A stretch of DNA of 64,000 nucleotides, from assembly GCA_001805615.1 (NCBI GenBank), contig MHGP01000073.1, positions 28,156 through 92,155 of the forward strand. Direction: 5' to 3'. This document shows positions 44,285 to 53,467 of this stretch, piece after piece. Under the pieces are notes generated by a model, which was given only the letters and a program-made list of their open reading frames with translations, did no database searches and was not told where the DNA came from. Each line of letters opens with the position of its first letter. Positions within the stretch are counted from its first letter, which is position 1. The position numbers and the translations under genes were made by a program. The DNA is from Omnitrophica WOR_2 bacterium RIFCSPHIGHO2_02_FULL_48_11. Lineage in GTDB: Bacteria > Omnitrophota > Gorgyraeia > Zapsychrales > GWA2-47-8.

Positions 44285-46413
44285 TGACTCACCCGCACAC
44301 CAATCGTCTTATTCACGAAAAAAGTCCGTATCTTTTACAGCATGCGCATAATCCGGTGGATTGGTATTCCTGGGCAGCGGAGGCCTTTGCCAAGGCCAAG
44401 AAAGAAGATAAACCGATCTTTCTTTCCATCGGATATTCGACTTGCCATTGGTGTCATGTCATGGAACATGAATCCTTTGAGAACGAAGAGATCGCCCAGG
44501 TTTTGAATGAACATTTTGTTCCGGTCAAAGTGGACCGGGAAGAGCGGCCGGATTTGGATAATGTGTATATGACGGTCGTCACGGCGTTGACGGGGAGCGG
44601 GGGATGGCCGCTGTCGGTTTTTCTTTCACCGGATAAAAAGCCGTTTTACGGCGGAACGTATTTTCCGCCGCAGGCCCGGTGGGGCGCTCCCGGATTTAAA
44701 GATGTGTTGCTTTCCATTCACAACAGCTGGCAGACGCAGAAACAAGAAATTTTGAAATCCGGCGAAGCCATCACCCAGGCTTTGCAAGAACGTTCGGGGG
44801 CGCGGCGGGTCGAGAAGATTGATTTGAACGCCCAGCTGCTGCGCGGAGGTTATCAGGATTTGGCGGCTAACTATGATCCGCGTTACGGCGGGTTCGGCGA
44901 GTCACCGAAGTTTCCGATGGGGCACAGCTTGTCATTTTTGCTGCGGTATGGGAACCGTTTCGCGGAACCGCAGGCGCTTGCGATGGTCGAAAAGACGCTC
45001 ACGGCTATGGCCCAGGGCGGCATGTATGATCAATTGGGCGGAGGGTTTCACCGGTACTCGACGGATCGCATTTGGCAGGTCCCGCATTTTGAAAAAATGC
45101 TTTATGATCAAGCGATCCTGGCAAAAATATATCTGGAAGCGTATCAGGCCACGAGGGATGAATTCTATCGCCGCATTGCCGCAGAGATTTTAGACTATGT
45201 CCTGCGGGACATGCATTCGCCCGCGGGGGGATTTTTTTCAGCGGAAGATGCGGACAGTCTTGAATCGGCCGGGGGCACGGAAAAAAAAGAAGGCGTTTTT
45301 TATGTGTGGCCCGAAAGCGAGATCAGGACCATCCTGAGCAGCGAGGAAGCGGATATTTTTTGCGCTCATTTTGGGATCGAAAAGAACGGCAATGCGCAGT
45401 TTGATCCGCACGGTGAATTTGCCGGAAAGAATATTATTTTTGTCGCGCATTCTCTGGAGGAAGCCGCCCAGAAATTTCAAAAGGTTCCGGCGGATGTCGA
45501 GTGGATCATCCGGCAGGCTAAGAAAAAATTATATGCCGTGCAGACTCAGCGGCCGCGGCCGCACCTCGATGATAAAATTCTGGTCGATTGGAATGGTTTG
45601 ATGATCGCGAGTTTTGCGACGGCGTATTCTCTGCTGGGGGAAAAACGTTATCTGACAGCGGCCCAGCAGGCGGCTGATTTTATTTTGCAGAAATTGGTTA
45701 ACCGGGAAGGGCGGTTGCTGCACCGGTTTCGCGACGGTGAGGCGGCGATCTTGGGGACGATCGAAGATTATGCCTTTTTTATCCACGGCCTGATCGATCT
45801 TTATCAGGCAAATTTTGAAGTGAAATATTTTCAGGAAGCGATGCGTCTAACAGAAGAGATGCTGCGTTTGTTTTGGGATGAGCCGCAGGGAGGATTTTTC
45901 TTTACAGCGTTGGACAGTGAGACATTGCTGTTTCGCCAAAAAGAGGTTTATGACGGCGCGATCCCCTCGGGAAATTCCGTGGCGGCGTTAGATTTGATCC
46001 GCCTAGCCCGCATGACGGGGAACGGGGATTTTGAAGCAAAGGCCGCGGCGCTTTTTCAATTTTTCGGTGCGGAACTTATGCAGCGGCCCAGCGCGTATAC
46101 GCAATTGTTCAGTGCTTTAAATTTTGCCTTAGGTCCTTCCCGGGAGATCGTTATTGCGGCGGATCGCCTGGAAGATCCTGCGGCACAGGAGATGCTCAAG
46201 GCAAGCCGGGCGGTTTTTTTGCCGAACACCGTGCTTTTGGCCCGCACGACGCATGATAAAAAACTGGCTGATCTCCTGCAGCTGGCCCCTTTTCTTAAAG
46301 AACAGCCCCCCATGAACGGCCAGCCGACCGCTTACGTCTGCGAGAATCATGTCTGCCGGCTCCCTACGAATTCGCCTGAGCAGTTTAAAAAACTTTTGCA
46401 GAGCGGGCCTTAA
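44284..46413 (+). CDS. thioredoxin-domain (DUF255) protein with (alpha/alpha)6 N-acylglucosamine-2-epimerase-like domain (YyaL / SSP411 family)
   Basis: The start is re-picked at 44284 (TAATG overlap). [20 protein letters not shown] is the thioredoxin-like CxxC of DUF255. The C-terminal ~450 aa form a six-hairpin fold family. Confidence 0.8.
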   Translation: MTHPHTNRLIHEKSPYLLQHAHNPVDWYSWAAEAFAKAKKEDKPIFLSIGYSTCHWCHVMEHESFENEEIAQVLNEHFVPVKVDREERPDLDNVYMTVVTALTGSGGWPLSVFLSPDKKPFYGGTYFPPQARWGAPGFKDVLLSIHNSWQTQKQEILKSGEAITQALQERSGARRVEKIDLNAQLLRGGYQDLAANYDPRYGGFGESPKFPMGHSLSFLLRYGNRFAEPQALAMVEKTLTAMAQGGMYDQLGGGFHRYSTDRIWQVPHFEKMLYDQAILAKIYLEAYQATRDEFYRRIAAEILDYVLRDMHSPAGGFFSAEDADSLESAGGTEKKEGVFYVWPESEIRTILSSEEADIFCAHFGIEKNGNAQFDPHGEFAGKNIIFVAHSLEEAAQKFQKVPADVEWIIRQAKKKLYAVQTQRPRPHLDDKILVDWNGLMIASFATAYSLLGEKRYLTAAQQAADFILQKLVNREGRLLHRFRDGEAAILGTIEDYAFFIHGLIDLYQANFEVKYFQEAMRLTEEMLRLFWDEPQGGFFFTALDSETLLFRQKEVYDGAIPSGNSVAALDLIRLARMTGNGDFEAKAAALFQFFGAELMQRPSAYTQLFSALNFALGPSREIVIAADRLEDPAAQEMLKASRAVFLPNTVLLARTTHDKKLADLLQLAPFLKEQPPMNGQPTAYVCENHVCRLPTNSPEQFKKLLQSGP

Positions 46414-46479
46414 TCTTTTGCGGTTGACAAAGCCCTGCCCCCCTCTTAAAATAGAAAAAGTTTAGAGGTCCCTTATAAT

Positions 46480-46902
46480 ATGATTTCCTACTTTTTTTAT
46501 ATTTTAATTATCGTTGTATTTTGCCTACCGATCGGCGGATTTCTTCTCAATTCTAAAGAAACCGATCCGTTCCAGCTTTATAAAACCATGGTAGGAGATA
46601 GAAATTTCTTTAAGGAAAATTCTGAACATCAGCAATCCCTGTCGGAACAGAGGCGGGACACCAGGTATCTGATGGAAAGAGTGAAAGACAGTCAGCGGTT
46701 GGCCAGGATGCAGCAGCAAGACCAGGGAAGAAAACTGGAGAGACTGCGGGAAGAGCAGCGCAGCCGGCAGCGGCAGGCGCTTAACAGCAGCCAGGCTGCA
46801 GCGCGGCAAGCGCAAGATTTGATACGCCAGCAGCAGGAAAGAAGCCGGGACCTTAATAACCGTTATAAAGATTTGATGGCCGCGCGACGGTCGATGCGCT
46901 AA
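46480..46902 (+). CDS. membrane-anchored Q/R-rich coiled-coil protein (hypothetical)
   Basis: One N-terminal TM, then a Q/R/E-rich helical region. Confidence 0.5.
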   Translation: MISYFFYILIIVVFCLPIGGFLLNSKETDPFQLYKTMVGDRNFFKENSEHQQSLSEQRRDTRYLMERVKDSQRLARMQQQDQGRKLERLREEQRSRQRQALNSSQAAARQAQDLIRQQQERSRDLNNRYKDLMAARRSMR

Positions 46903-46910
46903 GGCGGAAT

Positions 46911-48770
46911 ATGCGAAACCTTATCATAGCTTTATTGATCATATTTATTCTCGCGGTGATTTTTTTTGCTGCGGCTTTTATTTTTTTGAAAACAGTCGAT
47001 ATCAACAAGTTCAAATCGCAGATCATCACGCAATTAGAGACGGCCGTGGGGCGCGAGGTCGGCATTCAAGACATGGCCTTTTCGTTCTCTTTTCGAAAAG
47101 GCATTGTCCTGAAGGTGAGCGGTTTGACGATTGCCAACGATCCGGGAGAGACCGAGAAGAATTTTCTGGAGGTTGAACATATCAATATTGATGTGGATTT
47201 CATGGTTTTGCTCCGGGAGCGCCGGATTTTAGTTAAAAATGTTGAAGTGAATTCTCCCCGGATCGTCCTCATCCGTTCAGCGGCAGGAGTCCTTAACGTT
47301 CAGACCCTCGGTCAGCCGTCCGCTTCGGCCGACCCCTCCACCGATCAGCTTTCCCCAAGCGCGATAGCGGCAAAGGGGGAGGCGTCCGCAAATAAAAAAG
47401 ATTTTGACCTTGGCGCGTTGCCGGCGGTCTTGGTCAAATCGATCGGTTTGCATGACGGGAAACTCCTTTATATCGACCGGGCTTTAAAGCCGGGACTCTC
47501 GGTCGCGATTTCCATGATCGATGTGCAGGTGACAAATTTTTCTCTCAAGGACAAATTTCATTTCTCGGTCGCGGCAGCGGTCTTGGGAAAACAGCAGAAC
47601 ACCAACATCAATGGCAGTGCTCAGCTGGATTTGCGGAATCTGCAGGCCCGCTTGGACGACACCAGGATTGCCGTCAATTTGTCGGCGGTGCTTCCGGAAG
47701 AAGTCCTCAAAGTAAGTCCGGCCATGGAGAATTTTAAAATTGTCAGGCAATGGCACGGGATGCTTGATGTGACCTTAAATCAAATGGCCGCTGGAGCTAA
47801 GGGGCTGATGGTTTTATCGCTTGATGGGCAGCTGAAAAACGGCGGGGTGAGTGTCGATGTTTTGGCTAAGCCCGTGGAAAATTTTAACGTCATTTTTAAT
47901 GCCAACGAGTCTGATTTTATAGTCAGAAATTATGCGCTGAATATCGGTACCGGAAAAATTTTCGGAGAAGCAAAGGTCGCTGGTTATCTCAAGGAGGCCA
48001 ATTTCAGTTTGGCGGTTAATTTAGAAAAAGTCAAAATTGAAGAAGTGCATGATATGTCGACCCTGCCGGTGAAGGGGCAAGGAAATGTTTTTGGTCAGTT
48101 TAAAGCCCAGTCGCGCGGGCTGGAACCGCAGGCCTTTTTGCAATCGTTGACGGCGGACGGCTCCGCCGAAGTCCGCGGGGGAAAGTTTTTGGACCTTAAT
48201 GTGTTGGGTCTGGTTTTGGATAAACTTGGGGTTGTGCCGCCGCTCGCCGATGTGACTGAGAAGATCCAAGCCAACCTTTCCGAAAAATACCGCTGGGTTT
48301 TGCGGCAAAAAGATACCAATTTTCAAAAGATCCAATTTGATATCAAAGTGGAAAATCAAACCGCGCACCTCACGCGGGCGGATATTCAGGCAGAGGGATT
48401 TGGGATCGCCGCGAGCGGCACGTGCGATTTCAATCAAAACCTCCATCTGGAATCAGCTTTTGCCATGGCCAAAGATTTATCGATGGAGATGGGGACAGCG
48501 GTTTCCGAGTTGGAACTGCTGTTTGATAACGAAGGTCAGATTTATATTCCTTTCACCACGTACGATGGGCCGGCCGCGCAGGTGAAGATGTTCCCGGACC
48601 CGGCTTATTTGACAAAGCGGATCGTCGTCAATAGGGGGAAAGAGGAACTGCAAAAATTGATTGATAAAGCCCTCGGCAATGACGAGACGGACGGTCAGCC
48701 TTCCTCTGGCGAAGAGAAGCCGGCGGAGGAAAAAATCATCGGGGATATTCTCGATGCCATTTTTCATTAA
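46911..48770 (+). CDS. AsmA-family outer-membrane biogenesis protein
   Basis: N-terminal TM plus an AsmA N-terminal region. 619 aa, beta-rich. Confidence 0.65.
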   Translation: MRNLIIALLIIFILAVIFFAAAFIFLKTVDINKFKSQIITQLETAVGREVGIQDMAFSFSFRKGIVLKVSGLTIANDPGETEKNFLEVEHINIDVDFMVLLRERRILVKNVEVNSPRIVLIRSAAGVLNVQTLGQPSASADPSTDQLSPSAIAAKGEASANKKDFDLGALPAVLVKSIGLHDGKLLYIDRALKPGLSVAISMIDVQVTNFSLKDKFHFSVAAAVLGKQQNTNINGSAQLDLRNLQARLDDTRIAVNLSAVLPEEVLKVSPAMENFKIVRQWHGMLDVTLNQMAAGAKGLMVLSLDGQLKNGGVSVDVLAKPVENFNVIFNANESDFIVRNYALNIGTGKIFGEAKVAGYLKEANFSLAVNLEKVKIEEVHDMSTLPVKGQGNVFGQFKAQSRGLEPQAFLQSLTADGSAEVRGGKFLDLNVLGLVLDKLGVVPPLADVTEKIQANLSEKYRWVLRQKDTNFQKIQFDIKVENQTAHLTRADIQAEGFGIAASGTCDFNQNLHLESAFAMAKDLSMEMGTAVSELELLFDNEGQIYIPFTTYDGPAAQVKMFPDPAYLTKRIVVNRGKEELQKLIDKALGNDETDGQPSSGEEKPAEEKIIGDILDAIFH

Positions 48771-48778
48771 ATTTTTTT

Positions 48779-49285
48779 ATGAAGAATTTTAAATTCAAAG
48801 GTAAAATTATTACTGTTACGCGAAAGCGGACGCGCCTGCCCAACGGTTATATGGCGGATATGGATTTCGTCGTGCACCCCGGGGCGGTCTTGATCGTGCC
48901 TTTTGTAAATCCGCAGGAAATTTTGATGCTGCGGCAGTATCGGCCGGTCATTGGAAAATATCTTTATGAACTACCGGCCGGGACTTTAAAGATAAAGGAA
49001 AATGTCCTCTCCTGCGCCCGGCGGGAATTGAATGAAGAAACAGGGTACACGGCTAAAAAACTCTCCTTGCTGGGAAAAATTTATCCGGTCCCCGGGTATT
49101 CGACCGAGATCATTTCTATCTACGAAGCTTTTGAACTCAAGGAAAAGGCGATGCCAAAAGAGCCGGACGAAGTGATCCAAGTGCATCGTTTTAAAAAATC
49201 ACGCGTGCTAAAAATGTTTAAACGCGGCCATATCCGCGATGCCAAAACGATCTGTGCCTTGGCCTTCTGCGGCTGGCTGAACTAA
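48779..49285 (+). CDS. NUDIX hydrolase (ADP-ribose pyrophosphatase-like)
   Basis: Nudix box G...ELPAGTLKIKENVLSCARRELNEETGY. Confidence 0.8.
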   Translation: MKNFKFKGKIITVTRKRTRLPNGYMADMDFVVHPGAVLIVPFVNPQEILMLRQYRPVIGKYLYELPAGTLKIKENVLSCARRELNEETGYTAKKLSLLGKIYPVPGYSTEIISIYEAFELKEKAMPKEPDEVIQVHRFKKSRVLKMFKRGHIRDAKTICALAFCGWLN

Positions 49286-49315
49286 TTTAAGAATATCAAA
49301 TGAGGGAACGTTGAA

Positions 49316-49807
49316 ATGAAAGAACAGTATCTCTGTTTAGCGGATGATGTCAAATTGGGAAAGAACGTGAAACTTTCCAAGTTTATCAATTTGTACGGCT
49401 GTACCATCCAGGACAATACCAAAATTGGGGCTTTTGTAGAAATTCAAAAGGGTGCGGTTATCGGGAAAAATTGTAAAATTTCTTCGCATACGTTTATTTG
49501 CGAGGGGGTCATCATCGCGGACGGGTGCTTTATCGGGCATTCGGTGGTTTTTATCAATGACAATAGCCCCCAGGCGGTCAACGAAAAAGGGATTTTAGAG
49601 AACGAAAAAGAGTGGAAACCGCGGTTTGTCAAAACAAAAGTAGGGCAGCGCGTCTCTATCGGAAGCAATGTTACGATTTTGGGGGATATCACGATCGGGG
49701 ACGGTGCGATGATAGGAGCCGGGAGCGTTGTTACGAAACATGTTCCTGCCAAAGAGGTTTGGGTCGGGAATCCGGCCCGATTTTTGCGTAAAATCACCGA
49801 AAAATAG
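49316..49807 (+). CDS. hexapeptide-repeat (LbH) acetyltransferase
   Basis: Repeated [LIV]G..... hexads (IGAFVEI, IGKNCKI, IADGCFIG, IGSNVTI, IGDGAMIG). Confidence 0.8.
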   Translation: MKEQYLCLADDVKLGKNVKLSKFINLYGCTIQDNTKIGAFVEIQKGAVIGKNCKISSHTFICEGVIIADGCFIGHSVVFINDNSPQAVNEKGILENEKEWKPRFVKTKVGQRVSIGSNVTILGDITIGDGAMIGAGSVVTKHVPAKEVWVGNPARFLRKITEK

Positions 49808-49983
49808 AGCTTTTTTCCAGCCAAAATCTCCAGAAGGCCATTTTAGAAAATTTCTTGTCATTTTAACTTGAGCGGGGTATACTTATGTCCCAAGTGAAAT
49901 TCTGCAAGAGTTTATTGACTCATCCGGGCTTTTGCTATTCGCCTGCGCAGGAAATACATATTGAAGAAAAGGAGTAACTGAAA

Positions 49984-50964
49984 ATGAACTGGGATTCAAA
50001 AAGTGCCGTCAGTGAACTGCGGCGAGCCTTAAGAGTTAAAGAAAATTTGCCGGTCCGTTGGTCCACTGATGATGGTGAAAAAGGCGAGGGCAAGGTATTA
50101 AATATCAGCGCGTCAGGTCTGCTTTTGGATACCAATCGGGATTTTTCTCCCATCGAGCAAGCTGCCTTTTCCCTGGAATCGATAGCCTACGACAACGGTC
50201 AATTTCTTCCTAAAGCAGGGCGACTTGTTTGGTCCAAGAGTCAGGGGGCCCGCAATAACCGTTTATGCGGGATCGAATTTGTTCAGCCGGAAGAAAAAGT
50301 TATTTCTCATTTACGGGAAAGAGTCCAAGCGGGTATTACCAAGACCGCCAATGCCCGCCGGACAAGAAGTCTTGTCGGAAGTATTTTATTCGTTATCATG
50401 GCGGGTTTAACCATCTTTGCCGCCTATCAGTACAATGAAAATTACCGCAACATTGAAAACATCAATCAAGTTTTAACCTCGGCTTACGAACAACAGGCGT
50501 CATTGTCCAAGCATTATGCCGATGAATTGGGTATTACCAAGACATTATTGGCCGATGCCGAAAGAGATCTGGAAGCAGCCAGGCAGGAAAACGCCCAGCT
50601 TCAGGAATTGATCGGTGCTAAAGACGGTGAAATCGCTCAGAATAAAGTTATGATCGATCAGTTGACTGCCGAAGTCAAAACGATCAAAGAGCGTTTGCGC
50701 ATTCTGGAAGGCGATGTGGTCAGCATGCAAGAAGGACGATCCACGATTGCTATCTATAAAGAGAAAGTCCATAAAGTTAAAGTAAAGATCCATGAATTCA
50801 AACAGCAGGCGCAGGCCGTTAAGGTCGCCGCACAAAAAGAGCGGGATCGGATCGCCATGGCGTTGGGGAATAACGGGTATTTTACAAAAGGCGGAAAACC
50901 TTACAATCCAAATTATTCCGCACCGGCGAAAGGCGTTGAAATCAACGTTGAGTTCGTTAAATAA
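49984..50964 (+). CDS. PilZ-domain c-di-GMP receptor with TM helix and long coiled coil
   Basis: RRALR (the RxxxR motif) and NISASGLLL (the D/NxSxxG motif). A TM follows at SILFVIMAGLTIFAAY, then a 200-aa coiled coil. Confidence 0.7.
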   Translation: MNWDSKSAVSELRRALRVKENLPVRWSTDDGEKGEGKVLNISASGLLLDTNRDFSPIEQAAFSLESIAYDNGQFLPKAGRLVWSKSQGARNNRLCGIEFVQPEEKVISHLRERVQAGITKTANARRTRSLVGSILFVIMAGLTIFAAYQYNENYRNIENINQVLTSAYEQQASLSKHYADELGITKTLLADAERDLEAARQENAQLQELIGAKDGEIAQNKVMIDQLTAEVKTIKERLRILEGDVVSMQEGRSTIAIYKEKVHKVKVKIHEFKQQAQAVKVAAQKERDRIAMALGNNGYFTKGGKPYNPNYSAPAKGVEINVEFVK

Positions 50965-51044
50965 TTCCTTGTGACATTCGTTTTAATAGAAAAAAGGCAA
51001 CTGGAAACGGTTGCCTTTTTTATTTCTGCCCATATAATGGATTT

Positions 51045-51800
51045 GTGCCTTCCTTTGAGAAATCTAACCGGACACTTTCGTTTTTAGGAACAGACATTCC
51101 TTATACGCTGACCCGCTCGGCGGAGCGCCGGAGCCTGGTGGTGAAAATTGAGGAAACCGGCCAGGTGCGCGTTTTGGCGCCGGCTAGGTTAGCCGAAGCG
51201 GTCATTTTCCGTTTTCTTAAGCAAAAGGCACATTGGATCCGCCGCAAGACCATTGAGGTCAAAGACCGGCAGCAGTATCTCAGTCAGCGGGTTTTTGCTG
51301 CCGGGCAAGAGTTTTTATTTTTAGGGCAAAAATTCAGGATCGAGATCGAAGAAACGGCTGCTTCCCGGGCGAAAGTGACATTTGACGGAAACCGGTGGAC
51401 AGTGCGCTTACCGGAGACGGTGTCAGCGGAAGGACAGCAGCATCACATCCGTTCTCAAATGATCCGCTGGTATAGAGAGCAAGCCAAAGAAATTTTGGGC
51501 GGCCGAGTTTGGCACTACGGCCGGATCATGGCTGTGCAGCCTCAGACTATTGCTATCCGGACCCAGCGCCGGATCTGGGGAAGCTGTGATTACCGCCAAA
51601 AAAGTGTTCGTTTGAATTGGCAGATCGTTATGGCGCCGCTTGCGGTGATCGACTATGTCGTTGTCCACGAATTATGCCACCTTACGGTTCCGAATCATTC
51701 CCGGCGTTTTTGGCAGAAGGTCGCCCAGGTGATGCCGGATTATCAAAAGCGGCAGAAATGGCTCAAAGACAATGCCTTGGATTTGGTGCTCCCCCGATGA
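51045..51800 (+). CDS. YgjP/DUF45 (M48-like) metal-dependent hydrolase
   Basis: VVHELCHLTVPNHSRRFW is the HExxH...NHs signature of the YgjP family. GTG start. Confidence 0.75.
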   Translation: MPSFEKSNRTLSFLGTDIPYTLTRSAERRSLVVKIEETGQVRVLAPARLAEAVIFRFLKQKAHWIRRKTIEVKDRQQYLSQRVFAAGQEFLFLGQKFRIEIEETAASRAKVTFDGNRWTVRLPETVSAEGQQHHIRSQMIRWYREQAKEILGGRVWHYGRIMAVQPQTIAIRTQRRIWGSCDYRQKSVRLNWQIVMAPLAVIDYVVVHELCHLTVPNHSRRFWQKVAQVMPDYQKRQKWLKDNALDLVLPR

Positions 51801-52015
51801 TTACTGAGGTCAAAGTGATCCCACAAGCTAAGAAAAATTCCATCAAGCAAGAAGCCGGACTTTGGAAAGTTTATCTGACCGCCCCGGCGTTGGAGGGTAA
51901 GGCGAATGCGGCCTTAGTGGAATCTTTGGCGGAACATTTTTGTGTCAAAAAGAGCCGGATTCAGATAATAAAAGGATTGAAATCGCGTAAAAAAACAATT
52001 ATGATAAATGCCTAA
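51797..52015 (+). CDS. YggU/DUF167 family protein
   Basis: The start is re-picked at 51797 (ATGA overlap). VKVIPQAKKNSI...LTAPALEGKANAALVESLAEHFCVKKSRIQIIKGLKSRKK matches the family pattern. Confidence 0.7.
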   Translation: MITEVKVIPQAKKNSIKQEAGLWKVYLTAPALEGKANAALVESLAEHFCVKKSRIQIIKGLKSRKKTIMINA

Positions 52016-52151
52016 TTATTGACCTTTGTACAACCAAGGATATAAGGAAGTCAATACCAGGTCTTTTCTTCTAGATGACAAAGGTCTAATACTGGTTTCC
52101 ACAATTGTTATTGGTAAGGAAAAGACCAGTAAGACTATAGGGGAGGTTTCT

Positions 52152-52601
52152 ATGCTGCAAGATCAAATTGATAATGATTATAAAAAAGCGATGCTTGAGA
52201 AAAATCAGGTCAAATCTTCGACCGTGAGCTTTTTGCGGGCGCAGATAAAGAATGTGATCATTGATAAAAAAACGGACAAACTGCCGGATGTCGAGGTGAT
52301 CGCCATTATCAAAAAACAGGTCAAGCAGCGTCAGGATTCTATCGAACAGTTCGGGAAAGGCGGACGCACGGACTTGGTGGAAAAGGAAAAGGCCGAATTA
52401 AATATTTTACTGAGTTATCTGCCGGCTGAAATGTTGGAGACGGATTTAAAGGGTATCGTTGAGGCCGCGGTGAAAGAAGCTCAGGCGACCGGCGTGAAGG
52501 ACATGGGTAAGGTCATGAAAGTCCTGTTGCCTCAAGTCGCCGGGAAAGCGGACAGCAAGCGCGTCAGTGACCTCGTCAAAGAAATATTGTCTCGCATGTA
52601 A
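52152..52601 (+). CDS. GatB/YqeY-domain protein
   Basis: The start is re-picked at 52152 after GGGAGG. Helical 149 aa with ...DLVEKEKAELNILLSYLPA... typical of YqeY. Confidence 0.65.
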   Translation: MLQDQIDNDYKKAMLEKNQVKSSTVSFLRAQIKNVIIDKKTDKLPDVEVIAIIKKQVKQRQDSIEQFGKGGRTDLVEKEKAELNILLSYLPAEMLETDLKGIVEAAVKEAQATGVKDMGKVMKVLLPQVAGKADSKRVSDLVKEILSRM

Positions 52602-52652
52602 CAGGGAAGCATTTGCCCCGCCCGCCTTTAGTGAAAATATAAGGGAATAATC

Positions 52653-53444
52653 ATGCTAAAAAAGAAGCGGTTATGGGTTGCTTTACTTTTGGCGGCCCTT
52701 CTGGTCGGCGGTTTATTGCTTTGGACATCGCAGCGTTATGTCGTTCCGATTGTTATGTATCATAGTATCCAGGATACCGCCCAGCTTCAATTGCAGAATG
52801 CGGTGACCACCAGCCCCAAATTTTTCAGATACCATTTGGATTTTTTGAAGAAAAATAAATATAATGTTATCACGGTTGACGAGCTGGTGAGCGGTATCCA
52901 GGCCGGAAAACACTTCCCGCGCCGTACGGTCGTGATTACTTTTGACGATGGGTTCCTGGATAATTACACGCAGGCCTTTCCCATCCTTAAAGAATACCGG
53001 TATCCGGCCGCGATGTTTGTGATCGCTAAATATATCGGCAAAAAAGAACACGTGCGCTGGAACCAGGTCGTGGAAATGGTACAAAGCGGGCTTATCACGA
53101 TCGGCAGTCACTCGTATACGCATGCGTACTTGCCGGAAATCCCGCCGGAACAGCAGTCAGAAGAGATCGTTAAGAGTAAAGAAGTTTTAGAGGCAAGAAT
53201 AGGCCGGCCGGTGGATTATTTTACCTATCCCGTCGGAGGGTTCAACGCGCAGATCAGCGAGTTAACGGCTCAGGCCGGGTATAAGGGCGCGTTCACCACC
53301 AACCGGGGATATAACCGTTACAATAAAAATGTTTACGCTTTAAAGCGCATCCGTCTCTCGGATAAGGATAATTCGGATACGATCCTCTGGTTTAAACTTT
53401 CCGGATTTTATAATCTTTTCCGGTCCGAGAAGCCGTCCGAATAA
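52653..53444 (+). CDS. polysaccharide deacetylase (NodB-homology) family protein, membrane anchored
   Basis: N-terminal TM, and VVITFDDGFLDNY, the NodB motif 1. Confidence 0.8.
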   Translation: MLKKKRLWVALLLAALLVGGLLLWTSQRYVVPIVMYHSIQDTAQLQLQNAVTTSPKFFRYHLDFLKKNKYNVITVDELVSGIQAGKHFPRRTVVITFDDGFLDNYTQAFPILKEYRYPAAMFVIAKYIGKKEHVRWNQVVEMVQSGLITIGSHSYTHAYLPEIPPEQQSEEIVKSKEVLEARIGRPVDYFTYPVGGFNAQISELTAQAGYKGAFTTNRGYNRYNKNVYALKRIRLSDKDNSDTILWFKLSGFYNLFRSEKPSE

Positions 53445-53467
53445 ACGGACGTATTGATTGGTAAGTC

